A DNA stretch of 36,650 bases from Lachnospiraceae bacterium (GCA_015057205.1 SVEW01000001.1:1-36650); one strand, 5' to 3'. Positions 17,745 to 28,185 are shown, counted from the stretch's first letter. Numbers and translations are program-made. Notes: generated from the sequence alone by a model not told the origin.

Positions 17745-18661
17745 AAAAGAGAGTCGTTTTGATGATGGCATTGCTTCTCATGGTAATGGTTGGCGTGCAT
17801 ACTTTGGAGGCAAAAGCAGCTACGAAGCCACAGGTAATTATAAGTAGCTATACGTTAGATGATGAAATTGAATTTGGAAAAGAAACGAATTTGCATTTAA
17901 ACATTACAAATGAGAGCGGGCGTGTTGGCGTAAAGGGAATTTTAATTACCTATGTATCAGAAAATAATACAATTGTGCCTGCACAAGGAAAATCTAACCA
18001 GGTGTATATTACCAGCATTGAACCGGGAAAAACGGCAGCAGTAGACGTTCCGGTTGTGTTTAATAACTCCGGAGACTTTTTTGGACAGGCATCCTTTACA
18101 ATCGAATATTCTGTTGAAAATCGGGAACCTTTTACAAATCAAAGTTATATAGTATTTCCGTTTACGGAAAGCGGTGTTTTGGACATTAAAAATGTAAATG
18201 TTGCTACGAATGCCAGCATAGGTGCAAAATCCTTAGTTGGTGTCAATTATACAAACAATAGTGAATCGCTAATCCGTGGCGTAAAACTTGTGGTAAGTGG
18301 CGATGTTGAAGGAGAACGTGTAGAAACAAAACTTGGCGATGTTACCGCACAGAGAAACGGATATTTTGAAACGTACGTTGTATATAAACATGAAGGTGCC
18401 AATAAGATTAAAATCTCATTGGTCTATGAGGATGAGAAAGAGAATTCATATGTTGCAAATGGTGGGGAATATACAGTTATGGTTTCAAAAGACAACGATG
18501 TTGTAGACGAGGGAAGAGGCAGCGGTGTTACTGATAATGGTCAAAGTGAAAATAATAGTAATGTGGATATGCATAAGTTTTTCATTGGATTGGCTATTAT
18601 TCTTGTTGTAGTTTTGGTAGTAGTAGCAATCGTGCAGGTGGTTCGTAAACGTAAGATGTAG
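17741..18661 (+). CDS. Exported beta-rich protein with two probable Ig-like (CARDB/COG1361-like) domains and a C-terminal TM anchor
   Basis: Signal peptide (…EAKA); alternating beta-strand patterns (LHLNITNES, IEPGKTAAV, VNYTNNS, YEDE); Gly/Ser/Asn linker; TM helix plus RKRK; ATGA overlap with cpsD. Confidence 0.7.
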   Translation: MKKRVVLMMALLLMVMVGVHTLEAKAATKPQVIISSYTLDDEIEFGKETNLHLNITNESGRVGVKGILITYVSENNTIVPAQGKSNQVYITSIEPGKTAAVDVPVVFNNSGDFFGQASFTIEYSVENREPFTNQSYIVFPFTESGVLDIKNVNVATNASIGAKSLVGVNYTNNSESLIRGVKLVVSGDVEGERVETKLGDVTAQRNGYFETYVVYKHEGANKIKISLVYEDEKENSYVANGGEYTVMVSKDNDVVDEGRGSGVTDNGQSENNSNVDMHKFFIGLAIILVVVLVVVAIVQVVRKRKM

Positions 18662-18670
18662 GGTGACAGT

Positions 18671-19792
18671 ATGAAAATTGCGATGATAGGCCATAAACGA
18701 ATCCCATCCAGAGAAGGTGGTGTGGAAGTTGTAGTCGAAGAATTGGCAACAAGATTGGCAGCGTTGGGACACCAGGTGGATGTATATAATCGTAAAGGTA
18801 AAAACGTGGCAGATGCCAATGCCGATTTAGATAAAAGAAATTTAAAAACGTACAAAGGTGTTCGCCTGATACGTGTGCCAACTTCGGAGCGACGAAGTCT
18901 GAACGCAATGGTATATTCTGCTCTGGCAACCATCAAGGCGTTGTTTGGACGCTATGATGTAATTCATTATCATGCGGAAGGTCCTTGCGTTATGTTGATG
19001 CTACCGCACTTGTTTCGAATTCGAACGGTGGCAACCATTCATGGATTGGATTGGCAACGTTCGAAATGGGGGGGCTTTGCAACACGTTACTTATTGCTGG
19101 GAGAGAAGATTGCAGCAAAATATGCGGATGAAGTAATCGTTCTTTCGCGTAATGTTCAGAAATACTTTGCTGAAAAATACGGAAGAGAAGTGCGCTATAT
19201 TCCGAATGGTGTTTCAGCTGTGGAACGACTAGGGGCAAAAGAGATAACGAAGCAGTACGGATTGACGGAAGGTGGATACATTTTGTATTTGGCACGAATT
19301 GTGCCGGAAAAAGGACTTCATTATCTTTTGGAGGCTTTTCGCGATATTGATACGGAGAAAAAGCTTGTAATTGCTGGCGGGGCAAGCCACACGAGTGAGT
19401 ATTTAGAACAGATTAAGAAAATAGCGGCTAAAGACAAGCGCGTAATTATGACCGGGTTTGTTCAGGGGGCTGTATTAGAGGAACTGTATAGCAATGCCTA
19501 TGTATACGTTCTTCCAAGCGATGTGGAGGGGATGCCACTTAGCCTTTTAGAGGCGATGAGTTATGGAAATTGTTGTCTTACTTCCGATATTCCGGAATGC
19601 ATTGAGGTAGTAGGAACAAATGCAGAACATTTTGAAAAAGGAAATGTTGTAGATTTAAAGAATAAATTAGTGAAACTATGCGAGAATAAGACGTTGGTAG
19701 AGGAGTATCGCAGTAAAGCAGCGTCTTATATTTTGAAAAAATATCATTGGGATACAGTGGTGGAAGAAACGCTTAAGCTGTATCATAAATGA
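18671..19792 (+). CDS. GT4 family glycosyltransferase (likely an early repeat-unit step)
   Basis: IPSREGGVE, HGLDWQRSKW, LARIVPEKG, EGMPLSLLEAM. Confidence 0.92.
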   Translation: MKIAMIGHKRIPSREGGVEVVVEELATRLAALGHQVDVYNRKGKNVADANADLDKRNLKTYKGVRLIRVPTSERRSLNAMVYSALATIKALFGRYDVIHYHAEGPCVMLMLPHLFRIRTVATIHGLDWQRSKWGGFATRYLLLGEKIAAKYADEVIVLSRNVQKYFAEKYGREVRYIPNGVSAVERLGAKEITKQYGLTEGGYILYLARIVPEKGLHYLLEAFRDIDTEKKLVIAGGASHTSEYLEQIKKIAAKDKRVIMTGFVQGAVLEELYSNAYVYVLPSDVEGMPLSLLEAMSYGNCCLTSDIPECIEVVGTNAEHFEKGNVVDLKNKLVKLCENKTLVEEYRSKAASYILKKYHWDTVVEETLKLYHK

Positions 19793-19814
19793 TACTTGGT
19801 TTTTGTTTTGAGAG

Positions 19815-20987
19815 GTGGATTTTTTGAAAAGGGTCTTAATCGTTATGGCAACCTTGTATAACGGGGGAGCAGAGAAGAGTCTCGTTAATATGTTGAATGA
19901 GTTTTCAAGCGACAGATATGAAATAGATTTATTATTGTTTAAGAAGCGTGGCATGTTCCTTAAACAGGTGCCGTCATATGTGAATGTATTGGAAACCCCG
20001 CAAGATTTGAAACGAATGTTTGGAACGGCGAAGGATTCCGGATTACTGCTACCCTGGCGGCTTTTGGGAAATTTGATTGCCCGGATATTTACAAGAAATG
20101 TTCATACAATGAGAGGGATGCGTTGGAAATATTTTTATTCGCCAACGATTAAAAATATAGAACAGTCGTATGATGTGGCTATCGCTTATCTATCAGATGA
20201 AATATTGTGGTATGTGGATGAAAAGGTAAAGGCAAAACGTAAAATTGGTTGGATTCATAATGACTATCGTTCGGCCGGTTATTCGCGAAAGTATGACTAT
20301 CCGCATCTGGAAAGGATGTCGGGAATCGTGTCGATTTCCAATCATTGCGTGGAAATTATCAAGGAAGAGTTTCCTGAATTTGCAACAAAAACCTATATGG
20401 TCGAGAACATTACGTCAGCGAAAGTGATTCGTCAAAAAGCTGCGGAGTTTATGCCAAAGGAGTATACCGCTGAAATGCGAATACTTTCGGTAGGGCGTTT
20501 GCATGAACAGAAGGGATTCGATTTGGCTATTGATGCTGCTGCAATTTTAAAAGAAAGAAACATTGACTTTTGCTGGTACGTTATTGGAGCAGGTGACATC
20601 GAAAATGAGTTGAAGGAGCGTATTTACGCTAGAAAAGTACAGGATTGTTTTGTACTGCTGGGAGTACGGGAGAATCCCTATCCGTATATAGAAAATTGTA
20701 CAATATTTGTACAAACATCCCGTTATGAGGGGAAGTCGGTTGTGCTGGATGAAGCAAAGATTTTGGCAAAGCCGATTATTGCAACAAACTATCCGACGGT
20801 GAAGGATCAGTTGAAGAACCGGAAGGAAGGAATTTTGGTTTCGATGGATGCAAAAGGAATTGCCGATGGAATAGAGGAACTTTTGAACAATAAGGAAAAG
20901 CAACAGGAATTAAGTTCGTATTTAAGTGCTCATAAATACGATAATTGCGAAGAAATTCAGAAATACTGTGAATTGATAGATGGATGA
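19815..20987 (+). CDS. GT4 family glycosyltransferase
   Basis: GGAEKSL, WIHNDY, SVGRLHEQKG, NPYPY, SRYEGKSVVLDEAK; GTG start after GAGAG. Confidence 0.9.
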   Translation: MDFLKRVLIVMATLYNGGAEKSLVNMLNEFSSDRYEIDLLLFKKRGMFLKQVPSYVNVLETPQDLKRMFGTAKDSGLLLPWRLLGNLIARIFTRNVHTMRGMRWKYFYSPTIKNIEQSYDVAIAYLSDEILWYVDEKVKAKRKIGWIHNDYRSAGYSRKYDYPHLERMSGIVSISNHCVEIIKEEFPEFATKTYMVENITSAKVIRQKAAEFMPKEYTAEMRILSVGRLHEQKGFDLAIDAAAILKERNIDFCWYVIGAGDIENELKERIYARKVQDCFVLLGVRENPYPYIENCTIFVQTSRYEGKSVVLDEAKILAKPIIATNYPTVKDQLKNRKEGILVSMDAKGIADGIEELLNNKEKQQELSSYLSAHKYDNCEEIQKYCELIDG

Positions 20988-22053
20988 TAGAAGGGAAACG
21001 GGTATGGAACAGCCATATTTTAGTATTGTTTTGCCGGTGTATAATGTGGAAACATATTTGGCGCGATGTATAGAATCTATTGTACACCAATCTTTTACCA
21101 ATTATGAGATGATTCTGGTGGATGATGGATCTGGGGACGGAAGCGGAGCAATTTGTGATGCATATGCTAAGCAAGATGAACGTATACAAGTAATTCATAA
21201 AGCGAATGGAGGACTATCCAGTGCGCGAAATGCAGGAATGAAAAAGGCGAGAGGACGCTACATTTTCTTTGTGGATTCGGACGATTGGATTGAACCGGAA
21301 GCATTGGCGTGTCTATATGGAAAAATAGAAAACAATCCCTGCGATGTTCTGAAATTTAATTTTTATAATCAACCCTCCGGAGAAGAAACCATATCGAGTA
21401 TTTCGACGGGGATTTATGAAAAAGATGAAATAACCAATTGTGTTATGCATGAAGCAATTAAGGAAACGGGAAGGATTAATTTTTCGGCATGGTCCCATGT
21501 ATATCGGACGGAGCTTTTAAAAAGGGAAAAAATCGAGTTTGTTTCCGAACGAGAAATCGGAAGTGAAGATTACTTATTCAACTTTCAAGTGTATTTATGT
21601 GCAAATCGCATGCAGGTGATTGCAGAGTGCCTGTATGATTATGATTGTAGAGAAGGGAGCTTATCAAGAAGGTATCGGCCGGCTCTTTTTGAACAATATT
21701 ATCAGTTGCAAGTAAGGATGGAAGCATATGCGGATAAGAAAGGGGTAAAAGAGTTTTTTGCGGAGGACTTGAAGTATTCCTATATTTGGAAGAATTTCTA
21801 TGTTGTTATGCGTAATGAATTGGTTCGATATAGCGATAGAGGATATCGGAATTGTGTTCGCCGCATTGATGAAATCCTACGTCATGAGAAATTGCGGGAA
21901 ATGCTAAAGGATTACTCCTTTGGGCAGGAAAGCTTAATAAGAAAGTTTCAGATTGTTATGATGAGGCATAGAATGAAGTGGACGATTAGCGCGTGGATGG
22001 TGTATAGTCTACATAAAGAGGTGAGGCGTACAAAAAATGAGAGGGATAATTAA
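20980..22053 (+). CDS. GT2 family glycosyltransferase (start may be 21004)
   Basis: FSIVLPVYNVE, DDGS, NGGLSSARN, FVDSDD, SEDYLFN. Confidence 0.9.
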   Translation: MDDRRETGMEQPYFSIVLPVYNVETYLARCIESIVHQSFTNYEMILVDDGSGDGSGAICDAYAKQDERIQVIHKANGGLSSARNAGMKKARGRYIFFVDSDDWIEPEALACLYGKIENNPCDVLKFNFYNQPSGEETISSISTGIYEKDEITNCVMHEAIKETGRINFSAWSHVYRTELLKREKIEFVSEREIGSEDYLFNFQVYLCANRMQVIAECLYDYDCREGSLSRRYRPALFEQYYQLQVRMEAYADKKGVKEFFAEDLKYSYIWKNFYVVMRNELVRYSDRGYRNCVRRIDEILRHEKLREMLKDYSFGQESLIRKFQIVMMRHRMKWTISAWMVYSLHKEVRRTKNERDN

Positions 22054-23212
22054 GGTTAAAAAACAGGAATTGGCAACAATGGCGATTGCAGTGTTGCTGT
22101 TTCACTTATCGATAGTAAAAATAAACGAAGCATATTTTCGGAACTATCCGAGAATGCAGTTGGGAATTGTAATTGTATTGACGGCATATTTGTTACTGCA
22201 TTTGCGGTGTTTATTTCTGAAAAAAAATATTCTATTTAACATAGTGGTTTTGATGTTTGGCATGGGAATGTTTATAACGATTTACAGAAATATGCGCGTG
22301 TTCCCCAATTCGTTTCGAAGTGGTATGCTTACAATTTTTCAATATATGATGGTTCTATTGGTTATGGAATGTTTGCATGAATCGGGAAATATAGTCGCGG
22401 TCGTGAAGACATTCTATTACTGTGCGCTTTTCTATTGTGTGTTGGCGGATTTTCATGCGGTATTGACCGGAGCAAAATATATAGGCGTTATTGGAACGTA
22501 TTTGGTAGGAAATAAGTTTAGTATTGCCTATTTACACATTTACACGCTTTGCTTTTTTTATTTTCTTTGGCAAAGGAAAGGCAGGTCCTACCTGCTTTTG
22601 ATAGCACATTATGCAGTTGCTGTGTTGATTTGCATTTACTCACAATGTACCACAGGACTTCTGGGATGCGCAATATTATTGATTGCACATGTGGTGCGTC
22701 CGTTGGGGGCTAAGCTAATCAAAAAAGTGCCGGTGGCATATGGATTATTGTTGCTTGCTACCTTTGTTTTATTGATTTTCTCAGAGATTGTGAAGTGGAA
22801 ACCGATACGATTTGTAATTGAAGAAGTACTAAATGAGGATATAACGCTGACCGGTAGAATGGGAGGATTCGTAAATATCCATAGACCACTTTTACTAGAT
22901 CCCATATGGGGAGTAAGTCCACTAAACAACTACATTATTTCGCGACGTTATGTTGGAATGGATGATCTGCAGAATGGAATGGCGGATATGATGCTATCGT
23001 ATGGTTTGGTGGGAGTGTCTTTGCTGTTAATCTTGATAGCGTTGTGTATGCGTAAAGGAAATGTTAAGCAGGGGTATGGATTTTATGCCATGATGTATAT
23101 GTTTATTGCCCTTGCAGCTGTGGAAGTGACACTTAATTTGAAATTTGTAGTGGTATTGTCCCTGGTGGCGTTTGCGTGGGATAAAAAAGAGGAAAATAGG
23201 TTAATCAGGTGA
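22037..23212 (+). CDS. wzy: Probable polysaccharide polymerase (Wzy / O-antigen-ligase-like)
   Basis: About 10-11 TM segments; GNKF, CTTG and TLTGR loop motifs; position inside the GT operon. Confidence 0.75.
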   Translation: MRGIIKVKKQELATMAIAVLLFHLSIVKINEAYFRNYPRMQLGIVIVLTAYLLLHLRCLFLKKNILFNIVVLMFGMGMFITIYRNMRVFPNSFRSGMLTIFQYMMVLLVMECLHESGNIVAVVKTFYYCALFYCVLADFHAVLTGAKYIGVIGTYLVGNKFSIAYLHIYTLCFFYFLWQRKGRSYLLLIAHYAVAVLICIYSQCTTGLLGCAILLIAHVVRPLGAKLIKKVPVAYGLLLLATFVLLIFSEIVKWKPIRFVIEEVLNEDITLTGRMGGFVNIHRPLLLDPIWGVSPLNNYIISRRYVGMDDLQNGMADMMLSYGLVGVSLLLILIALCMRKGNVKQGYGFYAMMYMFIALAAVEVTLNLKFVVVLSLVAFAWDKKEENRLIR

Positions 23213-24321
23213 ACTATATGAAAATTGCAATTTTGTCTATGCAGAAAGTTATAAATTACGGTTCTGTTTTGCAGGCGTATTCTCTTAGAGAAATGGTAAG
23301 GAAGGTCTCAGGAATTGAGGCTTCTTTTCTTGATATTGAAGATTCACCATCGGTAGAAGCCATTATGCCGGTGCAGGATGGTGCAGATTATCAGGGGGAA
23401 TATGAGTATTCCGTAAGAGGATTTCGAAGGGTCAAAAAAATTATGATGTATTGTGTTCAGAAATGGATTTTCTTTAGGAAAATTGAGCATTTCTGGAAAG
23501 ATGAGCTTGCTATTCGAAGGGAGGATAATGAGCAGCAATACGATTTGGTAATTGTTGGTAGCGACGAGGTGTTTAAATGTACAGACCATATACGATTGCA
23601 ATTGTATGGAAGCATACGACAAGCACAAAAGGCTGTCACGTACGCTGCATCCTGTGGGGCAGCAGTTTCGGAAGGAATTCCGCAAGAGGTTGTGCCTATA
23701 ATTAGAAAAAGCATGAAAAATTTTAAGGCCATGTCTGTGCGTGATGAAGGAACGGAGAAGTACGTAAGGTATTTGTATGATGGACAAATTTTGCACCATC
23801 TGGATCCGGTATTAGTAGGTCCACTTGCAAAAAGACAGGGAAAACCGGTGCCGTTATCAAAATACATGATTATCTATGCCTACAATGATAGAATACGAAG
23901 CAAACGGGAAATAGATGCTATTCGCGGGTTTGCTAAGGAACATAACCTAAAAACAGTTTGTTTTGGGGGTGTTTTGAGTTGGTGTGATTTGTTTATTCCA
24001 GCAGATCCATTTCGCTTGCTGGATTATTTTAGCTGTGCAGAATATGTGGTGACAGATACATTTCATGGAACTATTTTTTCAATTATTTGTCATAAGAAAT
24101 TTGTTTCTATTCAAAGAAAGACCAACAAAAACAAGATGTCAACCCTTTTGGCAGATTTGGAATTATCACAAAGAATGGTTTGTGATATGGAGCAATTGGC
24201 GACGATACTTGAGAGTGAAATTAATTATGAGAAGACAGATGCGATAATTGAAAAGGAACGAGAACGCTCAGAAAACTACTTGAAGCATTGTGTAGCACTG
24301 TGCAGAGGGAGAGAACTATGA
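23209..24321 (+). CDS. Polysaccharide pyruvyl transferase family protein (start may be 23218)
   Basis: NYGSVLQAY, VGSDEVF, YAASCG, SVRD, DPVL, VVTDTFHGTIFS. Confidence 0.9.
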   Translation: MNYMKIAILSMQKVINYGSVLQAYSLREMVRKVSGIEASFLDIEDSPSVEAIMPVQDGADYQGEYEYSVRGFRRVKKIMMYCVQKWIFFRKIEHFWKDELAIRREDNEQQYDLVIVGSDEVFKCTDHIRLQLYGSIRQAQKAVTYAASCGAAVSEGIPQEVVPIIRKSMKNFKAMSVRDEGTEKYVRYLYDGQILHHLDPVLVGPLAKRQGKPVPLSKYMIIYAYNDRIRSKREIDAIRGFAKEHNLKTVCFGGVLSWCDLFIPADPFRLLDYFSCAEYVVTDTFHGTIFSIICHKKFVSIQRKTNKNKMSTLLADLELSQRMVCDMEQLATILESEINYEKTDAIIEKERERSENYLKHCVALCRGREL

Positions 24322-25520
24322 TTTTGTTTGAAAGAGAAGCGGACTGTTGCGGTTGTGGAGCGTGTGCACAAGTGTGTCCGGTTCAGGCTATTTCTATGCA
24401 AGAAAGTAAAACAGGGTTTTTATTTCCGAAAATAGATGCGAATCGTTGCATAGAGTGTGGGAAGTGCCAGAAAAGCTGTGGTTATCAAAAAACTTGCCTT
24501 GAAACGGAACCGCTAGAGGCGTGGGCTGCATCAGCCAGAGATAGAAAGATAGAGATAAACAGTGCTTCGGGCGGTATTTTTGCAACGATTGCAACGGAGA
24601 TTGTTGAGGCAGGAGGCGTGGCTGTTGGGGCTGTAATGAAAAATACACAGCAGGGGATACGGGTATGCCACGTTATTGGAAAAACGGTGGAAGATGTAGG
24701 AAAGATGCAGGGATCGAAGTATGTACAGTCGGATGCCTATGTAGTGTTTGATGGGGTAAAGAAGGCATTGGCAAAAGGAACGCAGGTATTGTTTTGCGGA
24801 ACACCGTGTCAGGTGGCTGCAATCAAGAAAGTAACAGGAAATCCGGATAATTTGTTTACAATGGATCTGGTTTGTCATGGAGTTCCATCTCAGAAAATGT
24901 TCCGTGATTTTATTGCAAGATTGGAAAAAGATTTACAGATTCAGATGGAAGCGTTTTATTTCCGTAGCAAAGTGTTTGGAAGAAATGACTATATTGCGGA
25001 GATTGTTCCGAAAAGAAATAAGAAAATTTATGGAATTCCCCATGGATTATTGTCATTTTATAAGTTGTTTTTAGATGGAAAGATTAACCGCAAGAGCTGT
25101 TATCAATGTCCATTTGCCACAAAGCAGAGAGTGGCAGATTTGACCATAGGCGACTATTGGGGAATTGAAAATCAACACGAAAAGGAAATTGCAGAAGGTG
25201 TTGTAAATTTATCACAATCATGGTCGTCAATCCTGGTAAATACCATGAAGGGAAGGGCATTGCTTGAAACGTATGGAAAGAAATTAAGTAAGGTTCCGTC
25301 GAAGTATGAAAAAATTGCGGAAAGAAATGAACAGTTAAAAATGCCTCTAAAGGAACCGAAAGAGCGTAAAGAACTTATGAACTTATACGAGAAGGAAGGA
25401 TATAATGCAGTAGAGAACTGGTTTCGGGCACGCATGGGGGGAAAGATAAAGTTTGCAATAAAACGCATTCTTGGAATCAAAAAGCACACAAAGCAAGGAG
25501 ACGTAAATTTTGAAAAATAA
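24318..25520 (+). CDS. Coenzyme F420 hydrogenase/dehydrogenase beta-subunit-like (FrhB/FdhB) Fe-S protein with an N-terminal 2x[4Fe-4S] ferredoxin
   Basis: CCGCGACAQVCP, CIECGKCQKSC, SASGG, GSKYVQS, GTPCQ, DLVCHGVPS, RKSCYQC, DLTIGDYWG; ATGA overlap with the pyruvyltransferase. Confidence 0.88.
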   Translation: MILFEREADCCGCGACAQVCPVQAISMQESKTGFLFPKIDANRCIECGKCQKSCGYQKTCLETEPLEAWAASARDRKIEINSASGGIFATIATEIVEAGGVAVGAVMKNTQQGIRVCHVIGKTVEDVGKMQGSKYVQSDAYVVFDGVKKALAKGTQVLFCGTPCQVAAIKKVTGNPDNLFTMDLVCHGVPSQKMFRDFIARLEKDLQIQMEAFYFRSKVFGRNDYIAEIVPKRNKKIYGIPHGLLSFYKLFLDGKINRKSCYQCPFATKQRVADLTIGDYWGIENQHEKEIAEGVVNLSQSWSSILVNTMKGRALLETYGKKLSKVPSKYEKIAERNEQLKMPLKEPKERKELMNLYEKEGYNAVENWFRARMGGKIKFAIKRILGIKKHTKQGDVNFEK

Positions 25521-27042
25521 CAGAAGCGTAAATGCTTTTCGAAATATGGTGGCTGGATTTGCCATGAAAATTACCCAGATTTTATTGCCATTTTTAACAA
25601 GAACGGTAATGATTCATGTGTTGGGAATGGAATATTTGGGATTATCCGGCTTGTTTGCTTCCATTTTGGATATGTTGAACATGGTTGAACTTGGTGTGGG
25701 GAGAGCAATGGTATTTAGTATGTACAAGCCAATCGCTGAGAATCGGGAAGATACTCTATGTGCACTAATGCGATTATATAAGGTGTATTATAGAATCATT
25801 GGACTGGTTGTTGCTATTGGAGGAATGCTGATTTTGCCATTTATTCCTCGCTTAATCAAAGGTGATGTGCCGGCAGATGTAAGTGTTTATGCATTATATT
25901 TGTTGAACTTAGCAGCAACTGTGTTGTCCTATTGGCTTTTTGCATACAAAAACAGTATTTTATCGGCCCATCAAAGAGAAGATATCGTCAGCAGAGTAAA
26001 ACTGATAATTGTTGTGGTTCAGAATGGCGTACAGATGCTTTTGTTATTTTTAACGCACAATTATTACACGTTTGTTATTACGGTTTTGGTTATGCAAGTG
26101 ATTACGAATATTACAACCGCAGTGATTGCAAATCGTATGTATCCACAGTACGTGGCAAAGGGAAAATTACCAAAAGCTGAAGTGCAAAAGATAAATGCCC
26201 AGATAAAAGATTTGTTTACATCCAAAATAGGCGGTGTTGTTTTTTCAGCAGCGGATTCTGTGGTAATTTCTGCCTTTTTAGGATTGCAGATATTGGGTAT
26301 CTATCAGAATTATTATTATATTGTGAATGCAATCATTGGATTCGTACAGATTATTTATTCGGCAACAACAGCGGGAATTGGTAATAGTATCATAACGGAA
26401 ACGAAGGAGAAGAATTATAGAGATTTTAGTAAGTTGACTTTTTTCATTGCATGGATAGCAGGATTTTGCAGTTGTTGTTTTATTTGCCTATTTCAACCAT
26501 TTATGGAGTTGTGGGTAGGTAAGAAGGGCTTGCTGCCAATGGGAATGGTGCTTTTGCTGGGCGTATTCTTTTGGATATGGGAATTATACCGTTTGATTAA
26601 CGTTTATAAAGATGCTGCAGGAATTTGGCATGAAGACCGGTTTCGTCCGTTAATAGCAGCAGGTGTGAATTTGGGGTTGAACATAACGCTGGTAAACATT
26701 TGCGGCTTATACGGTGTCATTCTTTCAACGGTTTTGTCTGTTTTGTTTGTAGGTTGGCCGTGGGCAATGCATAATGTATTTTCAAATCTGTTTGCAAAAG
26801 CGTATATCATCGGTTACGTTGCCAAACTGATAAACTATGCCTTGGTATCCACCGTGGCTATTGCCATAACGTACACTATATGTGGTTTGGTTAAAGGCAA
26901 TCTGTTTTTCATTGTCGCTGTCCGTGCATGTATTTGCGTGGCGGTAACAAATGGGCTATTTTGGTTAGCCTACTGCAGAACTGCAGAGTATATGGAAATG
27001 AAACAACTTGTGCAAAGTCTTTTGAAGAAAAGGAGAAGATAA
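25510..27042 (+). CDS. wzx: Second polysaccharide flippase (Wzx)
   Basis: LGMEYLGL, ELGVG, MYKPIA, ADSVVIS, AGIGNS; multiple TM segments; TTG start after AAGGAG. Confidence 0.88.
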   Translation: MKNNRSVNAFRNMVAGFAMKITQILLPFLTRTVMIHVLGMEYLGLSGLFASILDMLNMVELGVGRAMVFSMYKPIAENREDTLCALMRLYKVYYRIIGLVVAIGGMLILPFIPRLIKGDVPADVSVYALYLLNLAATVLSYWLFAYKNSILSAHQREDIVSRVKLIIVVVQNGVQMLLLFLTHNYYTFVITVLVMQVITNITTAVIANRMYPQYVAKGKLPKAEVQKINAQIKDLFTSKIGGVVFSAADSVVISAFLGLQILGIYQNYYYIVNAIIGFVQIIYSATTAGIGNSIITETKEKNYRDFSKLTFFIAWIAGFCSCCFICLFQPFMELWVGKKGLLPMGMVLLLGVFFWIWELYRLINVYKDAAGIWHEDRFRPLIAAGVNLGLNITLVNICGLYGVILSTVLSVLFVGWPWAMHNVFSNLFAKAYIIGYVAKLINYALVSTVAIAITYTICGLVKGNLFFIVAVRACICVAVTNGLFWLAYCRTAEYMEMKQLVQSLLKKRRR

Positions 27043-27045
27043 AAA

Positions 27046-28185
27046 ATGGATATACGTGGAAGAATCATAACAGTTCTTCGTTGGGGAAAGAAGCAATTGT
27101 GTGTGGTGAAGAAGCATTTTTTGCGAATAGCCTATTTTGTGTTGCGTCCATTTCAACATAAAAAGCTTGTGATGCAGATAGAACAAGCAGAAAGAACTCT
27201 TACGGATGTTCGTCCGAATGTTCGGGGAACCAGCATGGGGAAGAATCAGTTGTGTCGTCCATTTCAATATGATTTACAGATCATTATTGCAGCCTACAAT
27301 GTAGAGGAGTATGTGGAAGCATGTATGGAGTCGGTTTTAAATCAAAAGACGAAATATACCTATAAAGTCATTGTTGTTGAGGATGGCTCTACGGATGGAA
27401 CCGCCAATATACTGAAAAAATACGAACAGGACGACCGCGTTTGCGTGATTTATCAGCAAAATGCAGGACTGTCGGCAGCTAGGAATACGGCACTTAAAAA
27501 GATAGAGGCTTCCTATGTTATGTTTGTTGATTCGGATGATATGGTGGCGGAAGGGGCTGTTGAAACCCTGATGGAGACTGCGTTTCGTATGCAGGCCGAT
27601 ATTGTGGAGGGTGGTTATTATACGTTATATGAAAACTCGTTACGTAAGGAATTGGGGGTAGGGCAGATGCAAAAAGTTTGCCCGCTGAAGGCGTTGGACG
27701 GTATGCCTGCAAGAAAAGTATTTCGAAGTGAATTATTCGAAGATATTATATTTCCAAGAGGATATTGGTTTGAAGATACGGTGAATATGATGCGTGTTTT
27801 TCCGAAGGCAAAAAGCGTCTATAAAATACCGGAAAGAGTGTATATCTATCGTATGCGTCGCGATAGTATAACGCATATGACGAAGAAAAACGCCAAAAGC
27901 CTGGATACGTATTGGATTTCGGAATTGCTTTTGCAAGAATATGCTAAATGCGGAGGAAAAAGGGAAAAAGAATATTGCGAAATGTTTTTGCGGCAGATTC
28001 TTATAAATGCCCACAGACTTGGTGATCAAGCAGAAAGTATCCAAAAAAGTGTGTTTGCATTATCGGCTGCGTTAGTAGACACGTATTTTGCGGAGGATTA
28101 TCAAGAGATAGAGAATTCAAGCTTGTATATTGCCTTAAAGACGAAGGATTATTTGGCGTATAGATGGTATTGGCGAACACATTAA
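27046..28185 (+). CDS. GT2 family glycosyltransferase with a ~75-aa N-terminal extension (paralog of 29714..30889)
   Basis: YDLQIIIAAYNVE, EDGSTD, FVDSDD, FPRGYWFEDT. Confidence 0.9.
   Translation: MDIRGRIITVLRWGKKQLCVVKKHFLRIAYFVLRPFQHKKLVMQIEQAERTLTDVRPNVRGTSMGKNQLCRPFQYDLQIIIAAYNVEEYVEACMESVLNQKTKYTYKVIVVEDGSTDGTANILKKYEQDDRVCVIYQQNAGLSAARNTALKKIEASYVMFVDSDDMVAEGAVETLMETAFRMQADIVEGGYYTLYENSLRKELGVGQMQKVCPLKALDGMPARKVFRSELFEDIIFPRGYWFEDTVNMMRVFPKAKSVYKIPERVYIYRMRRDSITHMTKKNAKSLDTYWISELLLQEYAKCGGKREKEYCEMFLRQILINAHRLGDQAESIQKSVFALSAALVDTYFAEDYQEIENSSLYIALKTKDYLAYRWYWRTH

Noticed and set aside
19068-22227. Homopolymer tracts (G7 at 19068, A8 at 22220) as phase-variation sites
   Set aside because: Short, in frame, and expected by chance in this base composition.
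24318-25520. True F420-reducing hydrogenase or methanogen-derived gene
   Set aside because: No hydrogenase subunits or F420 synthesis genes; the polysaccharide context is typical for this subfamily.
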